A stretch of 60,886 nt of DNA, filler included, from Sphaerodactylus townsendi (taxonomy: Eukaryota), in assembly GCF_021028975.2 (NCBI RefSeq). It is 5 parts of 4 records of this genome, joined end to end, with 100 filler letters (N's around TTAATTAATTAA, not from the genome) between each part and the next. Parts side by side here need not be neighbours in the genome. Positions count along the whole stretch, not along the records: positions 1 to 10,604 come from NC_059437.1; positions 10,705 to 16,541 come from NC_059439.1; 3 more parts are not named here. One strand, given 5' to 3'. The position numbers and the translations under genes are program-made. Positions 1-12,740 of this stretch are shown here, in pieces. Under the pieces are notes generated by a model. The model did not search any database. It worked only from the letters and a program-made list of their open reading frames with translations, and was not told where the DNA came from. Each line of letters opens with the position of its first letter. Within the stretch, counting starts at the first letter, position 1.

Positions 1-1894
1 GGCTCCTCCTATGCCTTGCAAAAACAAAATGATATAAAACAAAGTGCTACAGAACTGCGAAGGAAACAAATATGAAAGATCTCAACTTACCTAACTTTTA
101 AAACCATGTTCAAAACCATGTTCAAAGTCTTGCATGTGCTGACTATTACATGCCCATCCATTGCAGCCTGTTTTAATAGACTGTAAATTCCCCAAGTATT
201 CTGCATGTGGGTGCATGTGGGGGGTGTTTACCCCCCAAGGAAGTTATATAACTGCAAGACATCCGGCAGAGCTTCCAATGTGCATGATTATAGTTGCCAT
301 ATCAACCCACTTTTGCTAAGACTTAAACTGGCAAAGAATAGTTCGAATCCATAGAAATATTTTTCTCCTTTTGAGAAAGCAGCAACAAGATGCATCCAAA
401 TTTCCTTTTCACTGACCCATAAATACAAAATATCCAAAGAGGCACATACAGCATTTGGGGGTTACAGAAAGATACTTTGCATTTCAGCTCTGTGGACTGC
501 AGCTTTCCAGAAATGATAGGAGGGAACAGTCAGTGTCTAACACAGTGATGCTCACTCAGTGGTTCGGGAGCATCAGGTGGCTCTTTGACGAGTCACCTGT
601 ACCTCATCTCAGCACTGTCACCAAATATGGCACCTGCCCCAATTTTTAGGAAAACGAGCAACGCCTTTGCCTGGTTAAACTTGCAGTTGGCAAACCGTTT
701 ACACCTTAACACAGCCACTACCAGAAGAAGAGGTGTGCTGCAAGCCCCCCAGAGATGAAGGTTTCAAATGTGGCTGTTGTGCTTGACAGTAATTCTGGAT
801 GTGGCCTTCTACAAGCTGCAGACTGAGGACCACTAGTCCAACAGCTAAACAAGCAATATTGCACATAGGAGATCCTTTAGTGCTTGGTCAGCAGGAATAT
901 TCTCTAATAACAAGCTGTGGGATATTGCTTATCTTTGTACTTACATAAAAGTTTACATTTGTCTTTGAAAATTTAAAGCCATATATTTTCCTTACGATGT
1001 TACAGAGTGCACAATATTAAAAAGAAAAAGATTTCACTACAAACTACAACAAATAACACAAACGATTCCTGTCCTGCCTTCCTCCCCAAATCCTCAATTC
1101 ACTGCTAGGAAGAAAACAAGTCCTTTTTTCCACATACACCCCATAGCAGGATTCCATTCACTTGAAAAGATTTGTGCGCTGCAGAGCCCATCCCCTAGCT
1201 AATAAGCTAATGGAGATATTTACAATGCTAGCATCACTCGTAAAGTATCTGTGAAATAAAATTATTGTGGGTTTTAAGGTCCCTCTCAGTCCTGATTGCA
1301 AGAGGGCTGAGTAATTTTTTAGAAGCCCATAAACTTTGCTATTTCTTAAGCCATTTCTTAAGAATAACCTATGAGAATAAGCAGGAGACCTTTGCTAGGT
1401 GAAGCACTATGCATTTCATCACAGGAAACTTAGCATCTTCATGAGCACCAGCTTATGAACAAAGCCTCTGCATCAACTCAATCCAGGTGCCAGACAAAGG
1501 CCAAAGAAGTTAAACGAGGAGAATTCCTAAATTGTGGCTATGGCAGAACTGCTGCTCTTTAAGACAACAACTGCTGAATACTGTGAAGGGGCATTGCTCG
1601 ACAACAAGATATCATGGCCGTATCAGTAGGGTCAACCACCATTTCAAAGTCTGCTCCTCCCACATCCATTCACCAGAGAGAAACCTGAGACCTCTCCAGT
1701 GAACAGGTGCAAAAAAGATTCTTTAGGACTGCAGCACTTTCCTGATGAGCACAAACCTGGTTTATTCTCAATCTCACACATTCCCTCCTTCAGTTTATTT
1801 CCCAGTAAACAGGGTTCTAGATCAGGATCACACATTGTTTGGGTTTGTGAAGGTGTTCACATTTTGACATCACAAGCAGGAATGACAGATGACA

Positions 1895-2019
1895 CAGGGG
1901 TGGCCAACCTATGGTGCTCCAGATGTTCATGGACTACAATTCCCATCAGCCCCTACCAGCATGGCAGATGGGAATTGTAGTCCATGAACATCTGGAGCGC
2001 CATAGGTTGGCCACCCCTG
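1895..2019. mobile_element. palindromic non-autonomous hAT-type MITE
   Basis: Near-perfect hairpin CAGGGGTGGCCAACC...GGTTGGCCACCCCTG with a core ACTACAATTCCCATC/GATGGGAATTGTAGT. Relatives at ~5249-5325, ~10454-10797, 11803-11940, ~26224-26292, 34924-35069 and 56956-57086. Confidence 0.8.
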
Positions 2020-4714
2020 GTTTAGGAAGTCTTCAATCATAGCTCTGTATGCAGAGGGAGGGAGCACACGTCAGGTTCTCATCACAAATCAACTCCTATT
2101 TGTGAAAATCTAAACGCACGCACAAAATGTGGTGTTGTATGGCATGTGGTTCATATAACTGCTAGTTTAATATATAAATTTAATACCATTCAATAATGAT
2201 GGGTGAACTGATTTCTTAATGAGGTGCTTTCCATATTGGTTCCAATATTCAATTAGAAGGAACCTTTTAAAGCACTAACAGGATTATGAAAAAGTGAAGA
2301 GATGTTGCACTACTGTTAGATAAGTTAGCTTTTGTTGTAGAACCACAGTTATTTTTGTATTTATTTATCATCACAGCATTAACACCAAAAATGTAAAGAA
2401 ATTAGGATTAGGTTTCATGGTATCAATACTTCAAAAATGTGATTACAGTAATTAAACTGTTGCATTAGGATCTGGAAGACCCTGCTAGAATCCCCACACA
2501 GAAATTTGCTGAGTAACCTTGAGCTTGTCACAGACCCTTGGCTATTGTTGTATAGTGAGCTTAAATACCTGAAAACCAGCTATTTACATTTTCCAGCCAT
2601 CTATTATAGGCAGACACCCATCAAGATAGCAAAACACGAAATACAGAAGAGTGTAGCAAAGTCAAGTCAGAAGTACAAAGGCAAAGACAGGGATTAAACA
2701 GGATCAGAGACTTCAAAGTCCAAACACCAAACTGCTACCACACCACAGTTTGGTTTCCGGTTTCTTATATACTAAATACCCCTCCAGTGATGGGGTGAGC
2801 AAGTTGACGCTGAATCTCCTGTACCCGGCGTAATATAAGGAGGTTGGAGAGTTTGAACCTGGCAGCAGCTCTAAGACTGTGTACTGTGTACTCTATCTGA
2901 GCCACTGACTACAGGAGGCACAGGATCTGAGTCTGGAGGCATTGCCTGGGACTCTCAAAACAAACCTGTGCAATATCCCAGGTTTGATTCTTCATCAGAG
3001 GTGTCCCCAGTCATGCTGTGCTGGGTCATAACACAATCACCCTCAAACCAATCACCATATTCACATTGCTGACCTGATTAGCAATGTTCTTTTACTCAGC
3101 ATGGAAACGCAGCTTGGAACTTTCTTATCTACAGCAGTTTTGATTTCCAATGCCTCTGAAGTAACGGGCAAAAGCAATCTATGCACCAAGCACATCTAAA
3201 ACACCATCAGACGCCAGTTGAAAATTAACACTATATTTTTGGAACCCCTGCTTGAAAAGTGAGAAATTGAAAAGTGCTAAATTGAAAAGTGAGAACTTCA
3301 TTCAGGTCAAAGACTAGGGCTAAAATTGCTACATTTCTTTAGAATATACCACTCCTTGTAGGAAACACTGAAAGAGCACATAAGGAAAAATTAACCAGAA
3401 TACTTCTATTTAGAAACACTGAAAAGTAGCTCCAGGAGTTTTATGTGCCCACAATGTTAAATATAGAAACAAACTGGAAAAACCTCCATATTTCAGAAGG
3501 GTTGCATTTACAAACAAATGCAAGGATTGACTGTTGTGCACCTGTTTTAACTGCAAGAAGTGATCACCAACTGCTCAGCCCATGGATGGGGCTATGAATC
3601 AGTCACCAGACCTTCTGAGCCTCTCTCAGAAGCTGCAAGAGGCCAGGAAAGTTTATAGACCTATCTTGACAGTGGAATAAGATGCAGTACCAGTATGAAA
3701 CAAGTAGTCAGACAAATAAAAACTACAGCACACAAGACTACAAAGGACCCCAGCCGTGACACAGATTGACAGTTCCATCATATACTTTGGCCAAAGACCA
3801 GAGTCAGCTACTAATATGCAATCATGTCTCACATCAGGTTCCGCTGTCTGTGAAGTGAGCCTGCTGCTTCCAAGAAAAGGTTCTTGCTACTCACATATAA
3901 TTGCTTCCCTCAACTGTTGTCCTTGTGATTCTATGTTGATTATGAAATGCTGCTATACATTGAAAATGTTGTAGTGCTGACATTTAAAAGCCCAAACAAC
4001 CAGATTATTCACAAACACTCCATTAAAGCAAGGTCCCTCAATCCCCTTCCTTAATTCTAGATGAAGGATTCTACTTTGGATGCATAGGGTCATTTACTGG
4101 ATCTATTCTTACCCAAAACTAAGTTACAGGTCAGCACTTGAATTAGGCTAATTTAGCACTTGAAGTCTGCTTTGAAAGACATGAAGCTGTATATTTACAC
4201 AGCGATACCCCCAACAGAGAAACCAACTAATATAAGGATACCTAGTAGGCCTCCAAAAGTTCCATCTGAAAGAGTTCATGAAAAAATGTGACGCCGAACA
4301 AAATGGAAAGTGTTACAACAGCAATGTTTCTGCATGAGCCCACTAACAGTGAAATCCAAAATGGGGGAAATCGAGTCTTGGAAGCGGCGCAGAGTTGCGC
4401 CAATGCAGGTGCCCTCCCCGCCTGAGTAAGGGGCAAATACGCTACTACGCCAGCAGTAGGGCACTGCACAACTGTGCAGCACCTGAAACTGGAAGCTGTC
4501 ATGCACGCCAGCACCCTTTCCACAAAGTTCACTTCACTTTCACTGTCACTCTCCCGAGCATCCACATTCAGAAGTACTTGCACACCACAAGTACTCATTA
4601 AAGGATAATTTTACCAGCCAGTCTCAGGGTAAGGGAAACTTATCACACTATTCATTGTATTTGTTTTGACACTCCAAAAGCAACAGATGATTAAAAACAA
4701 TAAGTGTTTGTAAG

Positions 4715-5170
4715 TCACCGCCAAACAAAGACTGGTAACAGCCATCGTGTTCCCAATCATGACATATGGTTGTGAGACATGGACACTGACAAAAACAGAT
4801 AGAAAAGTGGATGCCTTTGAGCTGCGGTGTTGGAGAAGACTTTTACGAATCCCATGGACAGATAGAGTCGCCAACAAAGCTGTCCCGGAGCGTATTAACC
4901 CAGAGATGTCCCTGAAGGGCAAGATCACTAGACAGAAGCTGACCTACTTCAGACATGTGATGAGGGCAAATTCACTGGAAAAAAGAGATGCTACTCGGAA
5001 TGGTCAGTGGCAAACGGAAATGGGGTAGGCCAATGACTCATTGGTTGGAAACCATTAAGAGGGACATGGACATGAACATCAACCAACTGAAAGAAGTTGT
5101 GGCAAACAGGGAAGCATGGAGGGGACTGGTTTACAGAGTATCCAAGAGTTGGACACAACTAAACAGATAA
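4715..5170 (+). mobile_element. RTE/BovB-like LINE, 5'-truncated 3' fragment with a frameshift
   Basis: Overlapping ORFs FPIMTYGCETWTL...AFELRCWRRLLRIPW...YFRHVMR and GKRKWGRP...REAWRGLVYRVSKSWTQLN are typical of the RTE/BovB ORF C-terminus. Confidence 0.85.
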
Positions 5171-6087
5171 AGAAGAGAGAGTTTGTTAGTCTATTCTTCT
5201 TGTCTTGGTTGAGCGAAATACCTAGTTCCATTCACAAAGGTCCTATACCAGGGATGGTCAGCCTACAGCGCTCCAGATGTTCACAGACTACAATTCCCAT
5301 CAGCCCCGCTAGCATGGCCAATTGTCCAATACTTCAAGGTCTCCAGCTGAAGGGGGAAAAAGAGCCATGAAACAAACATTAATCAGCTTGGGCTTTTCTT
5401 TCATCTAAAATCCTAAGAATTTTAGCTTTGGTTTTTGCTTTGACACACACTGCCCATCACGTCAATGTATAACTTGACATTTTATTTTGATTGTATGCAT
5501 TTGTGGTTCTCCCACATCCGTTCCATTTACAAATCAACAAAACATACAAGTACATGGATAATTGCCTGAGTAGCATTAGTTAGAGCTTTGAAACTGCCAC
5601 AGTTGCCCAATAATATATTAGCAATGGTATCTACTGACTAGGATTGATTTTATGAAAACAATGCATCTTTTAAAATGGAAATTTTCCATAGAAGAGCTGG
5701 AAAAATTTTTCCCCCTACATCTGAGCAATGCTCACGGTTGCTATTTTTTAAAATGATGATACAGCAGCATATGAAAGCTGAGAAGGGCAAGGTCTGTTGA
5801 GCTCATGACTGGAGGGGGAAGAGAGAGAACAGTGTACATATTAATGTGGCAAACTGGAAGAGCTCTGCCATTACTGTCAGGTAAGGCTACATTGGCAAAG
5901 ATGGTTATAACAGAAACCAGAGAGGAAGACTTGCCGTAAGTCTTACTGTAAAAAGGGGAGGAGAATCAGGAACTGTGGGCCCCTGTGCTCCCTCAGCCAT
6001 GTATAAAGACAAGATGTAGTAACAGCAGAGCGTGGCCATGCAACAAAAATTAAAAGGTGCCTTTTAGTAACTTCCTAATCCACAAGT

Positions 6088-6238
6088 AAGAAGAAGAGTT
6101 GGATTTATACCCCCCTTTCCTGTAAGGAGACTCAAAGGGGCTTACAAACTCCTTTCCCATCCCCCCTCACAACAAGCACCCTGGGAGGTAGGTGGGGTTG
6201 AGAGAGCTTCAAAGAATTGTGACTAGTCCAAGGTCATA
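6088..6238 (-). mobile_element. tRNA-derived squamate SINE (Squam3-like), 3' part
   Basis: Matches the fuller copies at 15228-15535 and 36831-37127; (AAG)n tail. Confidence 0.7.
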
Positions 6239-7537
6239 TAACAATAATGATTAGGACTAGCATACTTGATAGCAATTATAAATATGAAACCACCACCAGT
6301 CCTACTGCTACTATCATTGACACACATACAACAACACTCCTGTGTTTAACTGAATCATTTACTTAGTGAAGTGAAAAATTAAGGTGCCTTAATAATCTGG
6401 AACAGTATAAACACAAACCTTCCACGGCACCACAAAGACAGTAAAAAAGGAGCTTGGTCAAAGACAATATGTTGATACAGACAAATGTTTTCAATTACAA
6501 GTTACTATAAAAACAGCTTTACTTTTCTTTCAATAAAGAAATTTAAATTAACCTATATCCTTTCATTGCCTTTGACAAAATAAGAGATCTTTGAAAGTTG
6601 ATTGCTAGGTCTTCAATACAGCATTCACTATAGTAGTAAACTCACATGAAGTGTACAACTATACGCTGAATCTGGAATCAGTAAAGATGAAGAATTTTCC
6701 CCCCTTTCTTATTATATTCTCTTCTGACCACGTTATTCACAAGTCACTTATAACCCTACCTAGTTAACTGAAGCTTAATCGTAGAACTCGGTTGTTTTAA
6801 GTGCAGACCAACAGGGCTCAGGTTGCCCTTTTGGAATTTGCACATAAACAGAAGGTTCCAGCCAACTTAAAGTCATGCTACAACAAACTTGCCAAAAGAT
6901 TTTTTAAACAGAATTTAGACTGAATGTCTCGGTGCAGATTTGTTGAAGTCAGGCTCTACAGTTCCATGTAATACCCTACATCACTAAGAATGGTACCAAC
7001 CCAAAACATACTTCCAAGTTTGCAGTGGCCAACGAGGAATGGGGAATCACAGAATCATGGAGGGTGCCAGACAGGCTCTCTAGTCCAACTCCTACACTCT
7101 GTAGGATCAGAGCATCCCTGGAAAATACCTTACCCTTAGTAACTACAAACTCCCACAACTATTCAAAGAGCAGATCACCAACAGCCTAGAGCATCCCTGG
7201 AAAATACTACACCCTTAGTAACTGCAAACTCCCACAACTCCTCAAAGAGCACATCACCCACAAACACACCAGCCTACCATGGGGAAAAGGCTCCCCCCAC
7301 ACACACCAGCCCCTCCTTTCGTTACTACAATTCACGTAATAGGAGCGCACATGCAAACCCTCATCAGACTCCCAAAGGCAAACCGACTGACCTCCACCCT
7401 CAACCCCGGTTCCTGGAGCCAAGAGAGCGGGCACAGACTCTGACAGGTCTCCCTCCAGAACGTCCAGAGGAGCCCGTCCCCTGGACTTCTAACGGCACGC
7501 TCATCCCTAATCCACTCGGGCACCGTTACTACGGTAC

Positions 7538-7809
7538 CTGTAGTAGCTCAGCAGTCCGTTGCTGAGCACGAACCACCGGCGCTGGTACCCCTTCAGGTAG
7601 TTGGTCCACTTGAAGAGCCAGCCCTTGTAGGTGTCCGAGCCGGGCCCGGCGACGGGAAGGGGGCCCTCGGAGCTGGCCGCGCTCAGGCTCATGGCGGCGC
7701 GGGAGGGCGGCGGCTGCTTGCAGGCCAGGCAGGGGACGGCGCTGAGCAGGGAGACCAGCCCGCGGGTGCTGCCGCTGCACGACGACGACGACGCGGCCGC
7801 CTTCCCCAT
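7538..7809 (-). CDS. OSBP2: oxysterol-binding protein 2 (ORP4), first coding exon including the start of the PH domain
   Basis: [30 protein letters not shown] resembles the human OSBP2 N-terminus. [31 protein letters not shown] is the OSBP-family PH start. GT donor follows TACAG (phase 2). No further exon is recognisable in 1-7537. Confidence 0.93.
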
Positions 7810-8115
7810 AGACGCCGCTCCGCCCGGCCCACCCTCCCGCCAGCGTGTCTCACTCAGCTCTGCTGCGCTGCCCTGCCGCCGGGGCTGAGGCGAGGGGGCG
7901 TGGCTTCTCGCACGTGACCGTGACCGGCACGCCCTTCTCGCCTCGGCACGTGACGCTGAGAGAAGGGCGAGACGGGCGCGGCGCGGCGCGGCGGCGCTTC
8001 TTGCGTGTTCTCTGTTGCCCACCCTGGCGGAGAGGGGTGGAGCCTGCAGTTCTGTAGCGGCTCCGCAGGCCCCCTGGTGGCGGAAAGGAGAATCCGGCCC
8101 TGGGAAGGGGCGGGG
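7560..8115 (-). promoter_or_regulatory. OSBP2 CpG-island promoter with two CACGTGAC E-boxes (7911-7918, 7947-7954), GC boxes and a CTCF-like motif (8069-8080)
   Basis: CpG-dense sequence; motifs read directly; CCACCAGGGGGC on the minus strand. Confidence 0.75.
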
Positions 8116-8719
8116 CTCTGCTCTCGAGTGGGATAAGAGGATGGGAAGGTTTGTTTCAGCTTCAACTGGTTGACTTTTAGGGGGAAGGCAGTCGTTGCAG
8201 GGAATGTGGACTTGTTATGTGATGGAAGTCTGTCTAATGACATCTGGGCCCTGTAGGACTTCATGCAGTCCTGCCGGCCCTGTAAGACAGAGCTGTTCCA
8301 CCAGGCATAAGGTTGAGGCAGCTACAGTAGTTTCTGAGTGGCTGCCCTCTTTTCTTACTCCTTAGTGGGATTTTTTTACAGGGTAGATGTGGGACAGCAT
8401 GCCAAAATTATTGTGTGCCAGATGCAGCTTATAGTCAGATTCTGTGGGTTCATGTATCTGAGCAGTTAGCCTTCCTGCTGAATGACCCTACCCAGCGATG
8501 GAATCGTAACTATGAAAGCTTTAGAAGCCCTGCCTTGAGACATTTCAGCAAAACAAAGGATCAGCTCTGTCAAGAACTTAGGAGGGCTTCCCCTCAACTC
8601 AGAGAGACCATGACTGCCTTCATGTCCAGCGTATGCAGAACTAGAGATTTGTGGCATAAAACAACTGGAGTGTGACCTGATTTCTAGGAAGCAATTTTGC
8701 CAAGCACTGTCAGAAAACA

Positions 8720-8991
8720 GCAGCAGCAGGAGTTTGGATTTATACCCCACGTTTCTCTCCGGTGGCTTACAAGTTCCTTTCCCTTCCTCACTTCACCTTG
8801 TGAGGTAGGTGGGGCTGAGAGAGTTCCAAAAAACTGAGACTAGCCTAAGGTCACCCAGCAGGAATGTAGGAGTGCGGAAACACATCTGGTCCACCCAATA
8901 AGCCTCTGCCGCTCAGGTGGAGGAGTGGGGAATCAAACCTGGTTCTCCAGATTAGAATGCACCTGGTCTAACCACTACACCACACTGGCTC
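8720..8991 (-). mobile_element. tRNA-derived SINE (Squam3-like)
   Basis: Reverse complement begins GCCAGTGTGGTGTAGTGGTTA (A box) and has a GGTTTGATTCCC B box; body shared with other copies. Confidence 0.75.
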
Positions 8992-10604
8992 TACATAGCT
9001 GAATTAGTAGATGCAGGGAACCCAGGAGCTCCTGATGAGATTACTATCTTTGCTGATCAATGAGAACTAAATGAACCTAAGAACTAAAGAGAAAAAAGTT
9101 TTCATCAAGACTTCAGGAAACCACTTTGTGGGTACCAAACCACAATGGGAGTCAGAGAAGCCACCAGAGAGATTGCCCTCCAGAGTGATTACCTGCTTAA
9201 AGGACTGCCTCAGAAAGATGATAAATCACCAGTCACTTACATCTTAATGCAGGTGTGTTTTTATTGCAAAGAACCTAGTCATAAGTGCAAGGACTATAAG
9301 AAACTATTGGCCAGAAATTCAGCCCAGGTCCAGAGAGAACAAGATGCTTCAGCAACCTGAAGACTGGGGGCATTTCCCACTCTAAAAATAATGTTGAGAC
9401 TTACTGGTTTCGTCTGCTGTGGGACCTTTTCAGCACGGGGCCATGTTCCCCAATCAGCTTCACTCTTCCTGAAATGAGCTGCTAGAGTAGGTCACAAGAG
9501 AGCCAGGACTACCCTTCACGATCCGTTCAGGGGTTGTCCTGATTGGCTGCTGCGTTCGCGATTTTCCTGCCGCCTGATGACGTGGACCCTCCCGTCCAAT
9601 CAGGGCATGGCAAAGCATTCGCGATGCGGCGGGAATTTTTAAAATTTTTCAACTGGATGAATCCACGACTATTTCTGGACACATCTTGTTATGAGCACTG
9701 AAATTTGAGCAAAGTATATAAACCCCATTTTAAGAAAGAGGGCTGCATTTTCTTATAGTTCCAAGCTGATCTTCTCATTAAATGTGCGATAGTGTGGCCA
9801 AATTTCTGCAGGAAGCCATTAAGCTCCATCTTCCAAAGAAAAGGTGCTAATTTTTACTCGGGTCCTTTCTACAATTGTATTAACTCTTTTTTCTTTAACT
9901 CCATCGCTGTTTAATTGTATAATGCCTTTTTTATTTTAAAATTCTGTATATTTTAAATTTTTGTATATTATGTATTACTTTATAGCCTTGATGTCAAAAA
10001 GGCCTTGGATTGGGATTGAATTATGAGTTTGTTGTGGGATGATGTGATCTATTGTTTCAATTTGGGCAGATAAATATTAAAATGACAAGATCTCAGAGCA
10101 AGAGCCTTGCAACTTCTACTGCTGCTCCAGGAGGGGGCGAGTTAATTGATAATTTACATCCTCCCACAATTGTGAGAGGTTTACAAACTGAAGCAGAGAG
10201 AGGCCAGCTGTATCTGAGCAATTTAAACAGGACCAGCTAAGCTGCCCAACTTTGGCAGAATGCAGAGATAAAATTGCAAATGTTCCAAAGATTTTGTTGT
10301 TAGACCACCCTGTAAAGTTCTTTTAAGAAAATCAGTTGTTGTATAGACAATATTTTAACAGGGGTATTCAGAAGAGGGGGAAGTAGGGAAACAGTTATCC
10401 CACAAAAGTACAGATAGTAAATACTGAGTACAGCTCACAGCATTCCTCTATCTCAGGGGTCTTCAAACTATGGCCCCCCAGATGTTCATGAACTACACAC
10501 CCCCCCCCCCCCCCACCCCCCCCCCCCCCCGCCACACACCCCCGCCCCCCCCCCCTTCCCCTCCCCCCCCCCCCCCCTCCCCCCCCCCCAACCCCTCCCC
10601 CCCC

Positions 10605-10704
10605 NNNNNNNNNNNNNNNNNNNNNNNNNNNNNNNNNNNNNNNNNNNNTTAATTAATTAANNNNNNNNNNNNNNNNNNNNNNNNNNNNNNNNNNNNNNNN
10701 NNNN
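10605..10704. other. artificial scaffold linker N44-TTAATTAATTAA-N44
   Basis: The identical 100-bp structure occurs four times; the 12-mer gives stops in all six frames. Confidence 0.95.
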
Positions 10705-11495
10705 CCCCTACCAGCATGGCCAATTGGCCATGCTGACAGAGGTTGATGGGAATTGTAGTTCCTGAACATCTGGAGAGCCGCAGGTTCCCTACCCCTGCCT
10801 TAGTGCCACAATTTGTGTTTCCCAGAGCTGATGCCTGCACTGAAAACAAATATCAGGACAGATATGGTGCCCGACACAACTAAACAGCCCTTGTGTATGT
10901 GATGCCCTCCCAACCAAGGTTTCCTCCAGATGTCCAGCATCTAATTCCAAGCACTAGATGTCTCTGAGCATGCACCAGAGTTGTGCAAAAGGAAGTGAGT
11001 CTCTGCAGGCACAACCCCACGTGAGCTGGCGTTGGGTGGGGGCGGATGGCTGGAGGCCTAGCTCCATGCGCTCGTGCAGTACCGAGTTGGGATGTTTTGT
11101 TGATGCCCGGCATGCTGGGTATTTATAAACCAGGATGGAGCTTGTGGCTGATTATCCCCTGGTAATTAGCCCCTGACGAAGGCAAACAGCCACAGCTGTG
11201 GGGAAGGAGGTGGCCACGCAGACCGGACCAGCTGTGGCAGGCGGCCCGGCTCCAATTGAATCCCTTTCGTTGAGAACTAACGAGCTGGGATGTAATTAAT
11301 GGGCATAATTAACGTCCAACATGAAACACAATCGTAGATAAATATTAAACAGCTCAGATTAACCAATTCTCACTGAGTAGGGGAGTAATTGGGAGGAGGG
11401 AGCCGAGAAAGGAAATTCGGGCAAAGTATGGAGCACAGCGAGCGCGCGCGCACGCTCGGACGGCTATAGAATTCCTGTTTAGTCAGTTGTGAGTC

Positions 11496-12122
11496 GGGTT
11501 GCCAATCCCCATCTAGGTCCTGGAGATCTCCTGGAATTTTGACTGATCTTCAGGCTGCAGAGATCAATTCCCCTGGATAAATGGTTGCTTCGGAAGGTGA
11601 GCCCCATGGCATCATACCCTCCCGAAGTCCTTCCTCTCCCCAAACCCGCCCTCCAGCGTGGTATAGTGGTTAAGAGAGGTGGACTCTAATCTGGAGAACT
11701 GGGTTTGATTCCCCACTTCACCACACAAGCGGCGGACTCTTGCCTGTTTCCTCACTCCTCCAGATGAAGCCTGCTGGGTGACCTTGGGTGGTTTCAGTGA
11801 ATCAGGGGTCTTCAAACTATGGCCCTCCAGATGTTCGTGGACTACAATTCCCATCAGCCCCTGCCAGGATAGTCAAGTGGCAGGACTGATGGGAATTGTA
11901 ATCCATGAACATCTGGAGGGCCACAGTTTGAAGACCCCTGAACTCTCAGCCCCACCAAATTCACAACGTGTCTGTTGTGGGGAGAGGAAGGGAAAGGAGC
12001 TTGTAAGCCACCCTGAGTCTCCTTACAGGACAGAAAGGTGGGGTATAAATCCAAACTCTTCTTTGCTTCTCCCTAGTCTCCTCTATCAAATCCAGGAATT
12101 TTCCAGCCCAAAGTTGGCAACC
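11496..12122. mobile_element. GGGTTGCCAA...TTGGCAACC inverted-terminus element hosting a SINE (~11655-12065), which hosts a hAT MITE (11803-11940)
   Basis: Inverted termini at both ends; the SINE A/B boxes and tail are split by the palindromic CAGGGGTCTTCAAACT...AGTTTGAAGACCCCTG MITE. Confidence 0.65.
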
Positions 12123-12289
12123 ATAGGCCTTCGTACAGGCCCTTCGATTATAGTGTCACAAGAGTTTGTTGTTTTCCCGCAACAAACACAACTACTGCTC
12201 TAGCATCTTGTGGGATGAACTTTCTTGGGCCAGAACTTTTAAATACAGCTGCCCCTAAAAGAATTTGTCACCAAAAAGACACAGAGGTT

Positions 12290-12740
12290 GGTGTGCTGTG
12301 TGATTTCCGGCCTGTGTGGCCGTGTTCTAGCAGCATTCTCTCCTGTCGTATCTGTGGCTGGCATCTTCAGAATATCTGATGTTAGGAAAGCAAGTGGAGT
12401 ATATATACCTGTTGGAGTGTCCAGAGTGGGGGAAAGAACCATTGTCTGTTAACAAGTAAAGGGTGCAATTAGCAAGCTAGATTTACATGGATCCACCCAT
12501 TAGCATGTGAGTAACAGTGAAGATATCAAGGTCACTAGGTGAACAACCGTTCTTTCCCCCACTCTGGACACTCCAACAGGTATATATACTCCACTTGCTT
12601 TCCTACCATCAGATCCTCTGAAGATGCCAGCCACAGATGCAGGCGAAACGTCAGGAGAGAATGCTTCTAGAACACGGCCATACAGCCCGGAAACCACACA
12701 ACACTCCAGTGATTCCGGCCGTGAAAGCCTTTAACAATGC
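12290..12740. mobile_element. Penelope-like element terminal repeats in inverted arrangement
   Basis: Arms ~12290-12442 and ~12549-12738 are reverse complements; the right arm carries a hammerhead motif. Confidence 0.75.
12614..12656 (+). ncRNA. minimal type I hammerhead ribozyme motif (Penelope-associated)
   Basis: TCCT-CTGAAGA-T-GCC..GGC-GAAAC-GTC-AGGA: core boxes, stem I TCCT/AGGA, stem II GCC/GGC, GUC cleavage triplet, vestigial stem III. Confidence 0.75.

Noticed and set aside
7108-7240. ~50-bp direct repeat in OSBP2 intron 1
   Set aside because: A simple local duplication with no sign of function.
7810-8022. Upstream extension of the OSBP2 ORF in the ORF track
   Set aside because: Non-ATG start within GC-rich promoter DNA; similarity to OSBP2 begins at MGKAAA.
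9145-9360. ORF with CFYCKEPSHKCKDY, resembling a gag zinc knuckle
   Set aside because: The final Cys is missing and there is no other retroelement context; at most a decayed remnant.
10497-10604. Poly-C tract giving a polyproline ORF (also 51220-51456)
   Set aside because: It abuts gaps and interrupts a MITE and a DDX27 exon mid-sequence, which is typical of low-quality poly-G/C read ends.
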